From Octopus vulgaris (lineage: Eukaryota): a DNA stretch of 64,000 nucleotides. A program made the translations under genes and the position numbers. This document shows positions 23,781-38,854 of the stretch, piece by piece. Position 1 is the stretch's first letter. Each line of letters opens with the position of its first letter. Below the pieces are notes generated by a model. That model saw only the letters and a program-made list of their open reading frames with translations. It searched no databases and was not told where the DNA came from. The stretch spans positions 558,001 through 622,000 of the forward strand of contig OX597826.1 of NCBI GenBank assembly GCA_951406725.2, given 5' to 3'.

Positions 23781-23985
23781 TAATCCAAACAAGAAAACAC
23801 AGAAAAAAAGAGAAAAAAACACAGCAACGGAGGACGTGGAACAATTAAAGTATTATTGACGCTCAGGAAAGAAGGGAAGGAGGGTTTAACGTTTCGAGCG
23901 GAGCTCTTCGTCGGAAACAAGGAGAAGGAAAGATCCCAAGAAGGGAAGACAGAGGAAAAATATTTGAGCTGGTGGTGCTCAAGAG
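23775..23985 (-). mobile_element. PLE-terminal-like repeat in (TA)n
   Basis: Pyrimidine-rich on the minus strand with the same layout as 56020-56235. Carries an HHR motif. Confidence 0.65.
23884..23918 (-). ncRNA. Minimal hammerhead variant (U4C)
   Basis: Minus: GTTT-CCGACGA-A-GAGC(TCC)GCTC-GAAA-CGT-T-AAAC. Confidence 0.55.
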
Positions 23986-24232
23986 ATATATATATACATA
24001 CAAACATACATATTCATACACACATATGTAAATATATAGATATGTGTGTGTATATGTATATATATATATATGTATATGTATATATATGTATATATATGTG
24101 TATATATATATACACATATATATATATATGCATAATATATATATATATGCATACATACATACATGCATGCATAAACGTCTTATGTATGCGTGTATGTGAG
24201 CATGTGTGTATACAAGTATGTGTGTACACACT

Positions 24233-24314
<82 letters not shown>

Positions 24315-24319
24315 CTTAA

Positions 24320-25960
24320 GGTTGCCTTTGTTTTTTTAACAAAAACAAATAATTTTAGCCCCACAGTGAAAGTTTTTTTTAAATGTTACTACACTGCAGG
24401 TTTTATCTCCCCATCAAGAGAAAAGATAGAGTGGATCAAACTAGTTCCTAGACTTCATACACCTTCGTCAGTGAAAGAATATACATTGTCTGCTCACGTA
24501 AAGTTTAATAACTTATAGCTATGTATAATGCTTAGAACTTCGGACAACTAAACTGGGCTGTCTAATTTCTGCTAGCGAAATCTAAAAACTTAATATGGAA
24601 CCAATTTGTTTGCTCTTCAGAGCAACTTACCTTATTACACTTTTTCCGTGAAACGTAGTATTTCTACGTTTTTCTGCAACTGTATGCAACTGCACCTACG
24701 ATGATACTGAGCCGAAGATTTATAAGTTTCGATAGAAACGTTCTCTTTTTCCTGGAGTTTTGATTCTACATTCACATCTGCTGTCCCACAGAGCAACATA
24801 AAGTCTGTTATGTTTTCACTTGCTGTTTTATTGGGGCATTCCACCAGTATTCTTTGTTTTTAAAGGTGTGAATACCTGCTGATACTGACATGCATTTGAT
24901 ATATACGTCAGAGTAGTCCTTACGGGTAGCATTATAAAAAGTCTTTGCAACTTTGTCATGCCTCTGTAGACATTTGATGACAGCTGTTGATGACGTGGGT
25001 AATATCTTCCACACTGGTATAGCAAAGTCAACATCTTTTATCACAGCGTGGAGATTTGGTAGTATCTTTGTCCCTTTTGTTTATCAGGTATACAATAGCT
25101 ATCTCCTGTTTCTGGATAGCTGGGATGTAATATATATTTCGCATGCCCAGGAGAGGCTACACTTCCTGTCAATGATGTTATTGCTCTCTAGCTTACAGAA
25201 TATGTACCCATGCATTGCGTTCTGTTGGTATGCCTGCTTCTCCAAGCTTCTGTTTAGGTAGGCCAGTCCAGACTCCTTTGGGTCGCATGAAACAGTTGTT
25301 TTCTTAGAGTACCTGCACAGCAGTTCTTCAACTTTGATAATGTTGTTGCTCTCACTTTTGAGTATGGAATGTACTCCTTTCTTTACTCTCCAGCAAGTGC
25401 TGTCTGAGTGATACAAGGCGACATTCAAAGGCTGTTTCGGCTGACCTTATGCCTCTACCTCCATCACTTCATCTCACATAAATCTTATCGGTGTCACTGT
25501 TAATGTGGAATCTTCCAGTTGTGGTCAGGTACCTTCTTGGTTTTGACGTCCAGGTTACGTATCTCATTGAGTGTCCTGTCCAGTATCTCAAATGTTGAAA
25601 CTAACACTGGTACTGCAAAATTACTGTGTGATATGGTCTAGTTAAATGCAGACAGCTCTGAGTTCCATATTTTCCGGGGTTTATAGAAGTAGTCTTTTGT
25701 TATTCTCGTTTTAGACATAGCACCAATGTATGCAACATTCTCATTGATTCCGAGGCCCTTGTAGCTTTCATCATTAGAGATAGAGGAATTAGACAAACCG
25801 GTGATGTACATGCTCTCTACCTGGTCGATAATCTTTCCTTGGTTGCTTATGAGCATTTATCTTGCCCCAACTCCATTTCTATATCTCGTGAAAATGTTGT
25901 GGCTAATTTCTCTTGATGTTGGTCATATTAATAGAACATAACTTTAGGTCATCAGCAAAA
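24320..25960 (-). mobile_element. Decayed RLE-type (R4/Dong-like) LINE
   Basis: Minus fragments SYKGLGINEN...KIWNSELSAFN, MHGYIF, LQRHDKVAK, EYWWNAPIK, ADVNVESKLQEKEN. 3' side abuts (GATA)n at 24233-24313. Confidence 0.85.
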
Positions 25961-25964
25961 AATG

Positions 25965-26187
25965 TCTCTTTACTCTTTCTCTTTTACTCTTTTACCTGTT
26001 TCAGTCATGTGACTGTGGCCATGCTGGAGCATCGCCTTTTGTCGAGCAAATCGACGCCAGGACTTATTCTTTGGAAGCCTAGTACTTATTCTATCGGTCT
26101 CTTTTCTCGAACCACTAAGTTACGGGGACGTAAACACACCAGCATCGGTTGTCAAGCGATGTTGAGGGAACAAACACAGACACACAA

Positions 26188-26258
<71 letters not shown>

Positions 26259-26420
26259 TACGACGGGCTTCTTTCAGTTTCCGTCTACCAAATCCACTCA
26301 CAAGGCTTTGGTCGGCCAGAGGCTATAGTAGAAGACACTTGCCCAAGGTGCCACGCAGTGGGACTGAACCCCCAGCCATGTAGTTCGTAAGCAAGCTACT
26401 TACCACACAGCCACCCCTCC
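25965..26420 (-). mobile_element. SINE family A, full length
   Basis: Reverse complement of the family consensus with internal (CA)n(TA)n. Confidence 0.92.
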
Positions 26421-26479
26421 GGGCAACATTAATTTTACCCTTTTCTCCATATATATGTATGTATGTACGTATGTATGTG

Positions 26480-26693
26480 AAGGCGCGTGTCCCAGTGGTT
26501 TGGGTGTTGCACTCACTATCGATTGCCGAACCGAGCGGCTCGTTGTGTTCTTGAGCAACCACAGTTCATCTCACGCTACCCTGCGATCATTTCGACATCT
26601 GACGTATGGCTTACTTGTGCACTTGCACATGTAATGTCGATTTGATGGAGAGAGTGAGCTAATGTACAGTACAAGCATGTGATCATTATTAAC
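26480..26693 (+). mobile_element. Diverged tRNA-derived SINE (family D)
   Basis: GAAGGCGCGTGTCCCAGTGGTT A-box-like head and GTTGTGTTCTTGAGCAA CORE-like segment. Confidence 0.55.
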
Positions 26694-26696
26694 AAG

Positions 26697-26860
26697 CCGC
26701 AGGAGTAGCTGTGTGGTAAGTAGCTTGCTTACCAACCACATGTTTCCGAGTTCAGTCCCACTGCATGGCACCTTGGGCAAGTGTCTTCTGCTATAGCCTC
26801 TTGCCGATCAAAGCCTTGTGAGTGGATTTGGTTGACGGAAACTGAAAGAAGCCCGTCGTA

Positions 26861-26944
<84 letters not shown>

Positions 26945-27180
26945 TGTGTGTGTGTGTGTGTCTGTGTTTGTGTCTGTATTTGCCCCCCCCCAACATCGCT
27001 GGACAACCGATCGATGTGTGTTTACGTCACCATAACTTAGCAGTTAAGCAAAAGAGACCGATAGAATAAGTACTAGGCTTCCAAAGAATTAGTCCTGGGG
27101 TCGATTTGCTCGACTAAAGGCGGTGCTCCAGCATGGCCTCAGTCAAATGACTGAAACAAGTAAAAGAGAGATAAAAGAAA
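26697..27180 (+). mobile_element. SINE family A, full length
   Basis: Head GCAGGAGTAGCTGTGTGGTAAG through tail CAAATGACTGAAACAAGTAAAAGAG. Confidence 0.92.
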
Positions 27181-28052
27181 AGAGAAACGATTTGTGTGAG
27201 TCGTTCAGCTTTTGCTGAACACTTATAGGTTGTCTTCGACGGGAGAATCCATCAAGTATGTATGTATGTATGCATGTATGTATGTATGTATGTATGTATG
27301 TATGTATGTATGTATGCGTGTGTATATGTATGTATATGTTCATTTCCATGTTTGCTTAAGCGACATAAGTAAGTCATCCTAACATTATAAGTCATTATGC
27401 GCGAAATACTAAATAACGAGAAACCTATCTATAATATTTTTGTTAACGTCTTTACTGACAGAATAGCTTAATGTAAATACTACTAACTCATTACAAATTC
27501 CAATTCATGACACACACAAGCACGCATAAGCAAAAACACACATACATATGTGTGTTTCTATGAATGTATGTACCTTTGTATATATATATATATCAGTATG
27601 TATGCATGTTTGTATATATAAGGACATGTAACAGAAGATGAATATAATAATGAAAATCCAAGTCTGAGTGGAGCCTCAAGTTACACCTTATGGTTTATCA
27701 TCAAAACGTTTAAGTAGATACCTGTGCAAATGATGTCATGAAGAGACTAGTTCTGATCGCTTGTGTGAAACTTTGGTTGGGTGTTTCAAAACTAACAGGA
27801 TTTTTTCTGAAGTACACAGGCTGCAATAAACATTTGGTTGCAAATATGCTGGTGTTCTATCTAAAATTCGCCATTTTATGAGGCTATGTGTATGTATTTC
27901 TCTCTTTCAAGAACTATATATGCGCTCCCAATTTTATATCCGTTCTACTTTGTAATATTCAGAAAGTATAGTTATACAGGAGAAGTTGGTCCTTTAATTG
28001 GTTTGCAGTCATCTCTATATATTCACTTTCATATGCATTAATCCAAACCTCT

Positions 28053-28487
28053 TTGTTTAAGGAGATTATCTCCAAGCTCACTCGATCCATCTCAGTCTAT
28101 ACACTTACTATACCAGGCACCACAGCACTCACCAGTCAGCAAATCGATAGCTTCATCTCTGACACTAATTTGTTCCATCCTGCCTTTACCATTTTTCAGA
28201 TCTTTGTTAACTTCAAAGATTTCGCCGTAACTACCAACAGTCTCAACCTGTCCACTTTAATCTGCTACAACCCGACAGGTTTCAACTCTTATCTCAAATA
28301 TTCATTGTCTCATTCCAGACGCACCAAATCTGCCATCTCATTTGCTAAGTTCCTCCGACTACACCGGCTATGTAGCATCGCTGCAGAATTCGAATCTAAG
28401 TTTGATAAAAGCGCAGTACCTCTTTTCAGATTGACAGTACCCACGATCAGTTGTAGATTCCGTACCAACCAGACGAAGGTCAATTGA
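28053..28487 (+). pseudogene. Penelope-like RT/thumb fragment
   Basis: QIDSFISDTNLFHPAF...VNFKDFAV...LSTLICYNPTGFNSYLKYSLSHSRRTKSAISFAKFLRLHRLCS resembles the PLE YKPTD.HSYL...SHP.HTK.AIPFSQFLRLRRLCS motif. Confidence 0.82.
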
Positions 28488-28938
28488 AATGATATTACAA
28501 AACTCTACGAAAATATTGGGATTTCCAAAATATCTTAGAGGCCTAAACGTGTTCCATCAGGTATGCCTGTGAACAGCATTTAAGATCAGTTATGGTAATC
28601 GACAGATGAGGGGTCCGCACAAATTATTTGCTTATAGGTTTGTACTGTACATTTGCTCATTCTCACCGTCAAATAAAAATTCTCACGAGGGTTAGATTGT
28701 ACATGCCCAACAAACAACTTGCGAAATCATTCATATGTTTGTTACCATCACACGGAAGAGAAAGATAGGAAGATCTCTCTTTCTCCATTTCACATTTACA
28801 TAAATAATCTTACCCTCCCACTTCCACTGCTCCTTTCTCTCTGACTACTTCCTTCCTATGCAACATCGCTACTAAGTAACAACTACCACATGCTTACGTA
28901 TGCATTCTGTATATATAAACATATATACACATACATAA

Positions 28939-28995
<57 letters not shown>

Positions 28996-29079
28996 ATGTG
29001 TATGTATGTATGTATGTATGTATGTATGTATGTATGTATGTATGTATGTATGTATGTATGTATGTATGTGTGTGTGTGT

Positions 29080-29127
<48 letters not shown>

Positions 29128-29133
29128 ATATAT

Positions 29134-29263
29134 AGCTGTTTCAGGATATTTATTAATTATATCCCTTCATCGGAGACGGTGTGAGAGAGTGGTTAAGTAA
29201 TAATTAATTTAGATAGGATACAAAATAGAGAGTGAGATGGAGGAAAGAAAATAGATGTGAGAT
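29134..29263 (-). mobile_element. Truncated copy of the 23.2-23.7 kb HHR repeat family
   Basis: Minus: GTCT-CCGATGA-A-GGGATAT(9 nt)ATATCCT-GAAA-CAGCT, cut off by (TA)n. Confidence 0.65.
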
Positions 29264-29330
29264 ATGTATATATGTATGTGTATGCATTTATGCCTATATA
29301 TGTATGTGTATATGTGTGTGTGTGTGTATT

Positions 29331-29363
<33 letters not shown>

Positions 29364-30134
29364 GTATATATATATATATGTATATATATGTATATATATA
29401 TATGTACATATATATGTATATAGGCATAAACGCATACACATACATACATATATACATACACAGATGCATACATACATACATACATACATACATACATACA
29501 TACATACATACATACATACATACATACATACATACATAGGTACGTACATACATACATACATACATACATACATACATACATACATACATACATACATACA
29601 TACATACATGCATGCATACATGTTAATAACGATCCATTCAGAAATGTACGCACTTTGGTGCAATAAATTACGCTATGCATATAAGCATTGAGACTTGCAT
29701 GTAATGTACATACAATATTTCTGAAAGACTCGTTAAAATATTAAAATATATAATAAAGCAAGAAATGGTACTTGCTTTGCAATTTACTGCAGTTTTTATC
29801 AACCAAATGATCAGAATTTCCGCAAGGGTCTCCATTTATTGTGACCAGCATACATAACGTCTGTTTCTAGACTCGTGTGGAATGTAAGCGTTAGCAAAGA
29901 TACAGCCACAGGCATGCAAGTCACGTTCACACATACAAACAAACACAAACATACAGACACACATACACACACACGTGAACACACGTGAACACACGTGCGC
30001 ATACACACGCACGCGCGCACACAGACACGCGCACACACATATATATATGTATATATATACACATTTACATATACATCTATGTATATATATATATTCATCT
30101 GTCAGTATACGTATATATATATAAACATCTTTGG

Positions 30135-30167
<33 letters not shown>

Positions 30168-31247
30168 GTATATATATATTCATGCATATATATATGCATA
30201 TATGTGTTTACATATGTATGTATGTATGTGTATATGTATATAGATACAAATATACACTCACACCACTCACACACACACACACACACTGGTCTTGTGATTC
30301 GAATACAAAAAAAAAATGACAGAAAGAAAAATGAAAGAAAGAGGCTTGAAATCCGAAATAACTCTCTCCTCTGTGAATCAACACCAAAGTTGCTTCTCTT
30401 TCGCTGTCTCATACGAACTTTAGGTCGAATTTCCTTGCTGAATTTTCAACGTGACTTTTATCAAATTACCAACAGGCTGTTCCTACACTGCTGCTGCTGC
30501 TGTTGTTCCTACCGTTGCTGCTGATGCTGCTGATGCTGCTTCTACGTTCGACTTTTCCCAAGTAAAAATATCCCGATTTACACGAACTTCATTGTGTATT
30601 GATTTCTATCATAGCAGGAAAACATCACATTTTGATGGTGAGGTGGAGGAAGGATAGTGTAGAGGATACGGTCTTTGTCTTATAGTCTTCTGTTTTAACT
30701 TCCTTCACATCTAAATTAGATTGCATTTTCTTTTTCTTTAGCCCTAAGACTCATAAGGCCGATTACCCGATTTCAATGGCGCTCAGATGAACGAAATTAC
30801 AACATCCCCCTTGAACTGGACGCCGATCCATTTCAAGGTTCAAGACGAGAAATTTTGAAGGGAGAAGACAAGTTAATTACATCGACCCCAGTACTTAACT
30901 GATACCTTATTTATCGACTCCGAAAGATGAAAGACAAAGTTAACTTCGAAAATGGTACCTCGGCGAGATTTTGAACTCAGAACATAAAGAACAAGAAGAT
31001 ATGCCACTAAGAGTTTCAACCGTCTTTTTAGCAAGTTGTATTGTCAGTATATTGGACCATTTGCATGTCGGATCGTTAGCACGTCGGACAAAATTCTTAG
31101 AATGCATTAGAGGAATATACATCAATTTCATTACTTTTCTTTAACGACACTGGAAACGTAATGGACCAGAACTAAATATCACAAAGCATTTTGTCTGAAG
31201 ATCTACTGATCCTGCCACATCTACTCCAATATATTATTATTATTTTT

Positions 31248-31530
31248 TTATTTATGCGCCCTTTTCAAGCCTATCCAGGCTCATGGGCCCGGTTTCCCGG
31301 TTTCTGTGGCGTATGTGTTTCCCCCAGTTGGACAGGACGTCAGTCCATCGCAGCGTTACTCAAAAAATCTGAAGAGAGAGTGAGAGAAATTTGGGGCGAA
31401 AGAGTACAACAGGGGTCACCACCACCCCACTGCCGGAGCCTTGTGGAGCTTTAGGTGTTTTCGCTCAATAAACACACACAACGCTCCGACTGCGAATCCG
31501 CTGCCCTAACCACTGGACCATTGCGCCTCC
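31248..31530 (-). mobile_element. SINE family C with 14-bp TSD
   Basis: CTACTCCAATATAT at 31221-31234 and 31531-31544. Confidence 0.9.
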
Positions 31531-31544
31531 CTACTCCAATATAT

Positions 31545-31717
31545 ATTGGTTTAAAATTTGGCACAAAGCCAGCATGTCCGGAGGAGGGGGTAAATCGATT
31601 ACATCGACCCCAGTGATCTACTGCTACTTATTTTATCGGCCCCGAAAGAATGAAAGGTTAAGTCGACCTCGGCGGAATTTGCTCTACGTGCTAACGCGTC
31701 TGCCAGCTCACCGCCTT
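31545..31717 (-). mobile_element. SINE family B (further fragments at 30845-31220)
   Basis: Family B core and CTGCCAGCTCACCGCC head. Confidence 0.8.
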
Positions 31718-32114
31718 AAATTACTCCAATATATTTTACGATACAAACAAGATGATATTTCTTCGAACGCAGTATTGCCGTAAGGACAATACACATTTCA
31801 ACACTTCTAATAAAAACAAATATAAGTTTTTTTTTATATTTACACGCACGTGCTTACTCCAATCTATATATTCTTCTTTTTCTCACTGAACTCATTCAAT
31901 GGATTGTAATTCTGCTGAGGCAGTGGTTTCCATATTTGTTTTGGATTTTAATCACGCATTAAATGAAGCTTATGTACAATCTTGCTAAGTAGCTTTACCC
32001 CAAGGCAGCCAATGTTTCTATTAGCTTTTCAATCAATTGCTTGTGCCATCTGTCAATTGCAGTCCCTGGTAGAAGTGTCTCCGGGATTTTTTTCTATTTT
32101 CATTTATTTTTTTA

Positions 32115-32303
32115 TTTTCATTTCTTTCGGTTACTGGACTGCTGCCATGCCGGGGCACTGCCTTCGACGGTTTAATCGGACAAATCGATTCCAGTACTTA
32201 TTTTAGCCTAGTACTTTATTGTATCGATCCTTTTGTCGAACTGTTAAGTCATGGGGACATAAAGAAATCAAACACTGGTTGCGGGGTTGGACAATTACAG
32301 ACA

Positions 32304-32354
<51 letters not shown>

Positions 32355-32500
32355 CTTTTAGTTTTCGCCTATCAAATCCACTTCCAAGGAATTGGCCGCC
32401 CCGCAGCAACAGTAGAAGACATTCGACCAAAGTGCCACGTATTGGGACTGAACCTGGAACCATGTGGTTGTGAATTAAACTCTTACCACACAGCCACGCC
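32115..32500 (-). mobile_element. SINE family A, diverged
   Basis: TGGGACTGAACCTGGAACCATGTGGTTG...TTACCACACAGCCACGCC. Confidence 0.85.
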
Positions 32501-33086
32501 TTCAATATTCTTTTATTATTATTATTATTTGAGGTGGTAGAGATAGGAGGTAGGATTTGAAATCAGAAAATACAAAACCGGAATAGATAGTGTGCGGCAC
32601 CCCCGTCCGCCACCTTATTAAATCTGCTATCCTGGATTTGTACTTTCGACCTCGAAAAGATAAATGACAAAGTTGATCTTAATGAGATTTGAACTCAGAT
32701 GGCAAGGAGTTGGAACGAATACTGCCAAGCACTCTTTCTGGCGCGCTAATGACTTCTTCTTCCCTGAAAACAGACATGTTTTTTTTTGTTTAGTTTAGTT
32801 TTTTTTTTATGTGACTCTTAGATAAAGACAAAGGTAGAATGTCATGGTTTGAATGCCTTTGATTTTATGTCCGCACGATTAGGGCTGACTTGATAATAAA
32901 CAACAACAACAACAACAATTACATCAGCATCCATAGCAACCACAACAGCAGCAGCAACATCGCTTCAGTCGTTACTGTGGAGATAGAAGATACAAGCAAA
33001 CGCTTATCGTTTTGGGTCAGCTTTTGAATTTTTTTTCTTTTTTACATTTACCTGTAGCCCATATAACTGGCTTATATAACTGGCGC

Positions 33087-33258
33087 TCCGTCGGCTATGA
33101 CGAGGGTTCCAGTTGACCCGATCAACAGAACAGCCTGTTCGTGAAATTAACGTGCAAGTGGCTGAGCACTCCACAGACACGTGTACCCTTAACGTAGTTG
33201 TCAGCGTGTGAGCGGTACAAAATATGACAAGGCTTGTTATTTTGAAGTACAAGTACTG
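33087..33258 (+). mobile_element. SINE-like fragment (family G)
   Basis: GAAATTAACGTGCAAGTGGCTGAGCACTCCACAGACACGTGTACCCTTAACGTAGTT recalled as a molluscan SINE central/3' block. Single copy in this window. Confidence 0.5.
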
Positions 33259-33504
33259 CTCAGTGGCCAACCTGTTAGCCACGGCACACCACACTTGCTA
33301 TTGGCCCCTGGGTGACATGATTGTGACAATATGATGCAGGATAAAAGACAGTTCGGAGCCCAGATCGTTAACATCTGAGGCCTGTTGGTGCTGAAACGTT
33401 TCCATAAGTGAGATGTTGCTCAGTTCATCAAGTTTAGCTACAATGTAGATCGTTGTACGAGGAGGCAATACAGATGCCTCTAAGTGGTCGATCGGCCTTC
33501 TGTG

Positions 33505-34437
33505 TTTAGTCATGTGGTGATGGGTGTTATTGTTCTATTCGTGTTTTCTGTTGAAGATCGGTCTGTCTACTACTATGTATGTAGCCTCTGTGATCTGTGT
33601 CAGTTCTATTCGTCGATAATACTTTAACCTCTGTGCTATTAATTGAGCCTCCACGTTCTGCTTGAGCATTGGTAGAGCACTGACGAGACTTTCCCTTCTT
33701 TGAGCTCTCGCCAATGACCACCTATACGCTCTCCTATGCTGCGTGCAGTCTCGCCAATGTAGGTAGTTGTCATATTTCTGCACCGTCCCTCAGTACATCA
33801 TAAGTTATACACTATATTACTAACCTTACAGTTAACCCGTCGATTCATTTTACATACAACACAATTGTTCTCTGTACATGGGAACTTATGAAAGGGATAG
33901 ATTCTACAGATCAGAGATTTTATAGGGGAACCAGGCCTTTCTACTACTTTAATCCGTAGATTAGCCTTACTTAATGTTTTTCTAAAAAGGTATGCTAATT
34001 CGCCGCCAGGCGTAGCATTGACGAACATGACGCTCTTGTATTTTTTGTTGTCATACCAAAAGTTGGCCTTATCTATTTCAATTCTGGTCCTTTCTGTCCT
34101 GTTCTAGGATTTGCTCCTCTACAGAGAACATACCCTCTTAGCATCACTCTCTATGGTGGCTTTGTACTTAGTCCTGGCTCTTTTGTACACACTAATCCTG
34201 TCCCTTAGATTGTAGCCAGAGAACTGCAGGCGGTGGATGAAATGTTATATGTGTCTTTTCAATTCCAAAGGGTTACACACGTGATACATATTCCTCATCA
34301 TCCTCACCACGTCAGCTATAAGCATGTTGAACTTGGCCTTTCCTGCAATACCTGCGTTCTTGTGAACAAGATACTCACAGGCTATGGGTTTGGCATAATG
34401 AAAGTAAAGTACCTGGACCTTACAGTTCTTCGTTTCT
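33505..34437 (-). pseudogene. Penelope-like element: thumb, Cys-rich linker and GIY-YIG endonuclease
   Basis: HYAKPIA...MLIADVVRMMRN, FVNATPGGELA, CTENNCVVC..NCKVSNIVY, TYIGETARSIGERIGGH. Confidence 0.88.
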
Positions 34438-35032
34438 AGCCACATACAGAAAGACATTTAATATAGTGAATCTCGAAGCAGATAAAGCTATAAATAATAG
34501 CGTGTAAATATTGGGTTAAAAATCCCTCTGAATAAAAAAAAGAGTCGAAGAGTGCCGTGTGACACGAACCCACACCACTTGTATGTATGTATGTATGTAT
34601 GTATGTATGTATGTATGTATGTATGCATGTATGTATGTATGTATGTATGTATGTATGCATGTATATGCGTGCGTGCGTGAGCGTGTATGTTTGTATACAT
34701 GTATATATGCACACACATGTATATATACATATATAATTTACACATATGTATATATACATAGTTCACGCATGTATACATACATATATAATTATAAGGAAAT
34801 AATAATTATTATTATTACCATCGCCATCATCACCACCACCACACCTTTCTGCCCACTCTTTCTACCCCTCCCCCTGTCACAGCCTGACAATTGCTGTAGC
34901 CTGAAACACGAGTAGGGAGAAAGAAATATGTGTTTGTGTATATGCGAGCGAGTATCTATGTCTGATTATTTGTGTGTACATGTAAATACACACACGCACA
35001 CACACACATATATACGTATATATACACATATA

Positions 35033-35081
<49 letters not shown>

Positions 35082-35507
35082 TTACATCTATTCGTACAAC
35101 ACATACATATATATGTTTGTTTGTGTGCGTACACATACACAAAAACATACCTACACACACACACACACACACACACATAGAAAACGGCGGGAAGTGAGTG
35201 TATGGATACACGTACGTATGCGTTTTTCTCCCTAAACATACCAAGAATGTTGCACACTCTATACGTGTGCTTTATTATGGAACCCAGTTATTTTAAGTGA
35301 AATTTAGGGTAGACGGAAATCGCGGCTGCCCGTGGGAGGTGTCTGTATGTAATTCAAAAGGGAGCCAACCTTTTTCCATACCCTTTGTGGCGCTCATCCT
35401 GTCTGGGGATTACAATATCAAAAGAAGTGTCTATTTGGAATACATGCAGATCTTGTAATGCAGTAACAGGAAATAATTATTGACGAAACTGTCCTAAGTG
35501 CATTAAA

Positions 35508-35607
<100 letters not shown>

Positions 35608-35609
35608 AT

Positions 35610-36110
35610 TGAGTGAGAGAGCAGTTCATGCCATCAAAGTGACACTGGGGTAAAATATACGAAGCCCAGTATACCCATCATGACTACCCGTCTGATAAGG
35701 GCACACCAGGCACATGCATCACAACCATATGTGCGCGACATGGTGATCTCATATCAAGATAAACAGCACATGACCTTGCAGGTGGCGCCCAGTTAGAATT
35801 TTCTTCAGGTTGAGTAGCCCATCCCGCTCAAAAGGTCCCTGAATAAGGGTTGTTTAAGGATGTTGAAAGAACCACCCATGTTTCCAGAGGTGAATTATTC
35901 AAACCCCAAAGAATCCCTCTCAACACATGGCTATGATGCTCCCCCACTACTTCTGCTCGTGATCAGAGATGCACATATCGTCAGCCACTAAGGGACATGC
36001 TCAACTGGTTAAGGTCAAACAACTGACAAACAAATCTGTGGTATTGAGCAGAATATTTGCTGTAGCCCATCTTTTATACCAAGACAAAACAATGTACATG
36101 ATAACACTTC

Positions 36111-36112
<2 letters not shown>
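35610..36112 (-). mobile_element. Non-coding retroposon (family E) in (TAA)n
   Basis: Highly similar to 40270-40787, with (ATT)n on both flanks. Confidence 0.85.
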
Positions 36113-36194
<82 letters not shown>

Positions 36195-36496
36195 CATTAT
36201 TATTATTATTATTATTATTGTTATTATTATGTACGTATGTATGTATAATTCCAATTTACAGAAACAAATGACGAAGACAGGTGAGGGGACAACATCCAGG
36301 TGTATATAAACAAACGTATACATATATGTACATATATATGAGTGCACTACGTATACATGTGCATGTACGTATGCATGTATGCATGCATGCATGTAAGTAT
36401 GTGTGTATATATGTGTATATACGTAATGTAAATATACATATGCATGTGTATGTGGGTACATGTAAATATACATTTACATATATATATAAATATATG

Positions 36497-36529
<33 letters not shown>

Positions 36530-37114
36530 ATATATACATACATACATACATACATTATTGCTTCTCCCTTCTGTTTTCGTCCCCTCCATCCTCTCTCTCC
36601 CCTCCCTCTCTCTCTCTCTCTCACTTTTCCAGAATAACAAATGACAAAATTAAAATAATATATACATATATAGGTACATCATAATTTTTAGAAATACTAC
36701 TCCATATGTTACTTAGGAACACGGTCAGTAATTTTTAAAGAAATTGGTAAATTGGTACCATCGACCCAAATACACGACAGGTGTTATATTTTGTCGATCC
36801 TGGAGGGAGGACATGCGGAGCTGATTTCAGGTGGAATTTGAACTCAGAACGTAAAAAGTCGTAAGAAACAGCGCAAAGCTTTTCCGTTCCACGTTCAAAA
36901 GGTTCCGCTGGCTCGCCGCCTACAATACCACGGCTATTAATTAACAGTAATAGTAATAACAATGGTTTCTTATTTAGGCACAAGGCCAATGAGTTTTAAG
37001 GAAGGGAGATTACTGGATACCCTCCACCCATACCTGATTGGCATGTTTATGTGTGTGTATATGTATGTGTGTATACATATGCGTGTATGTTTGTGTGTGC
37101 ATGCATGTATGAAT

Positions 37115-37155
<41 letters not shown>

Positions 37156-37202
37156 ACACATATATATATACATATACATTCATATATATATATATACTTA
37201 CA

Positions 37203-37259
<57 letters not shown>

Positions 37260-37769
37260 TATATGTATATATGTATGCATGCATGCGTTGTAAGTATGTA
37301 TATGTATCTATATATATGTATGTATATGTATGTGTGTACATGTATGATGTAGTTGCTGGCCTTGTGCAAAAGTGTGAAACCATTATTATTATCATTACTA
37401 TTATTACTATTATTGTTAAGTGCAATAATTAAAAATATTCAACTTACAGTGAAGAACGTGTGCATGTGTATATATGTGTGCACGTATAGATATATGTAAA
37501 TATATGCATGTATATATGTGTGTATGAATACATTCATATATATACATATATGTATGTATGTGGATATACAGGTGTGTGTATGTGTGCGTGTATATATATA
37601 CACAAACACACATATATACATATGTGTATGGATGGATGGATGTAGGTATGTAGGTATGGATGTATGGATGGATGTATATATACATGTATGTATGTGCATG
37701 TGTGTACATATATTATTATTATCATCATCATCATCATTATTATTATCATCATTATTATTATTCTTATAC

Positions 37770-37845
<76 letters not shown>

Positions 37846-38008
37846 CATTATTATTATTATTATCATCATCATCATCATTAAGAATAATTAGTAGAAAACT
37901 TCAACTTACCGAGTAGAATGCACAATCCGAATAATATAGCCTTCATTGTTTGATTTTTAAATTGAAAAGCCTGTGAGATGAATTTATATGTGTGTGTATG
38001 TGTGAATG

Positions 38009-38039
<31 letters not shown>

Positions 38040-38514
38040 TATTATTATTATTTTTATTATTATTATTGGTAGAACGTCTGGCACAACGGCTGCTAGAGAA
38101 AAAAACTCCTTAGACCTAACCTGCTACTTCTATTTATAGTCTTCGCTCTATGCAGCCATTCAACCAATCAGGAATCGCTGTTTATTGATTTGAAGTTAAG
38201 AGTCTTTTCTTAGACTACATATGTTTTTACTTATACGTAGCCAAAGTTCAATAACAAAGGTGGTCTTTTTATTTTTGTTTTTTTTTCTTCAAGCAAATGC
38301 AATTAAAATTTATCTTCCATAGAACCAAAATGTATTCATTATATTTTTAAATGTCGCGAACGAAAAAGACTGGTAAGATTTTAAGGAATGAATGAATGAA
38401 TGTCATTTTTGTTTTTCTTTTTTCTTTTTTCAACTTACGTATGTTTAAAATAATGCAAACAATTCCATTCTCGTAATGGACGTACTATAATCTTTTCTCT
38501 TTTCCCTTTTATCT

Positions 38515-38767
38515 TTATCTTTTATATGTTCCGCTCATTAGATTGTGGCCATGGTGGAGCATCGCTTTGAAACATTTTTAATCGAATGAATCGACCCCAG
38601 TACCTATTTTCTTTAAGCTTGGTACTTACTCTGTTAGATCCATTTGCCGAGCCGCTAGGTTCGGAAGCATAAACAAATCAACACCCGTTGTCAAGCGATG
38701 GTGGAGACAAACTCAAACACACACACATACACACATACATACATACATACATACATACATACATACA

Positions 38768-38801
<34 letters not shown>

Positions 38802-38802
38802 C

Positions 38803-38854
<52 letters not shown>

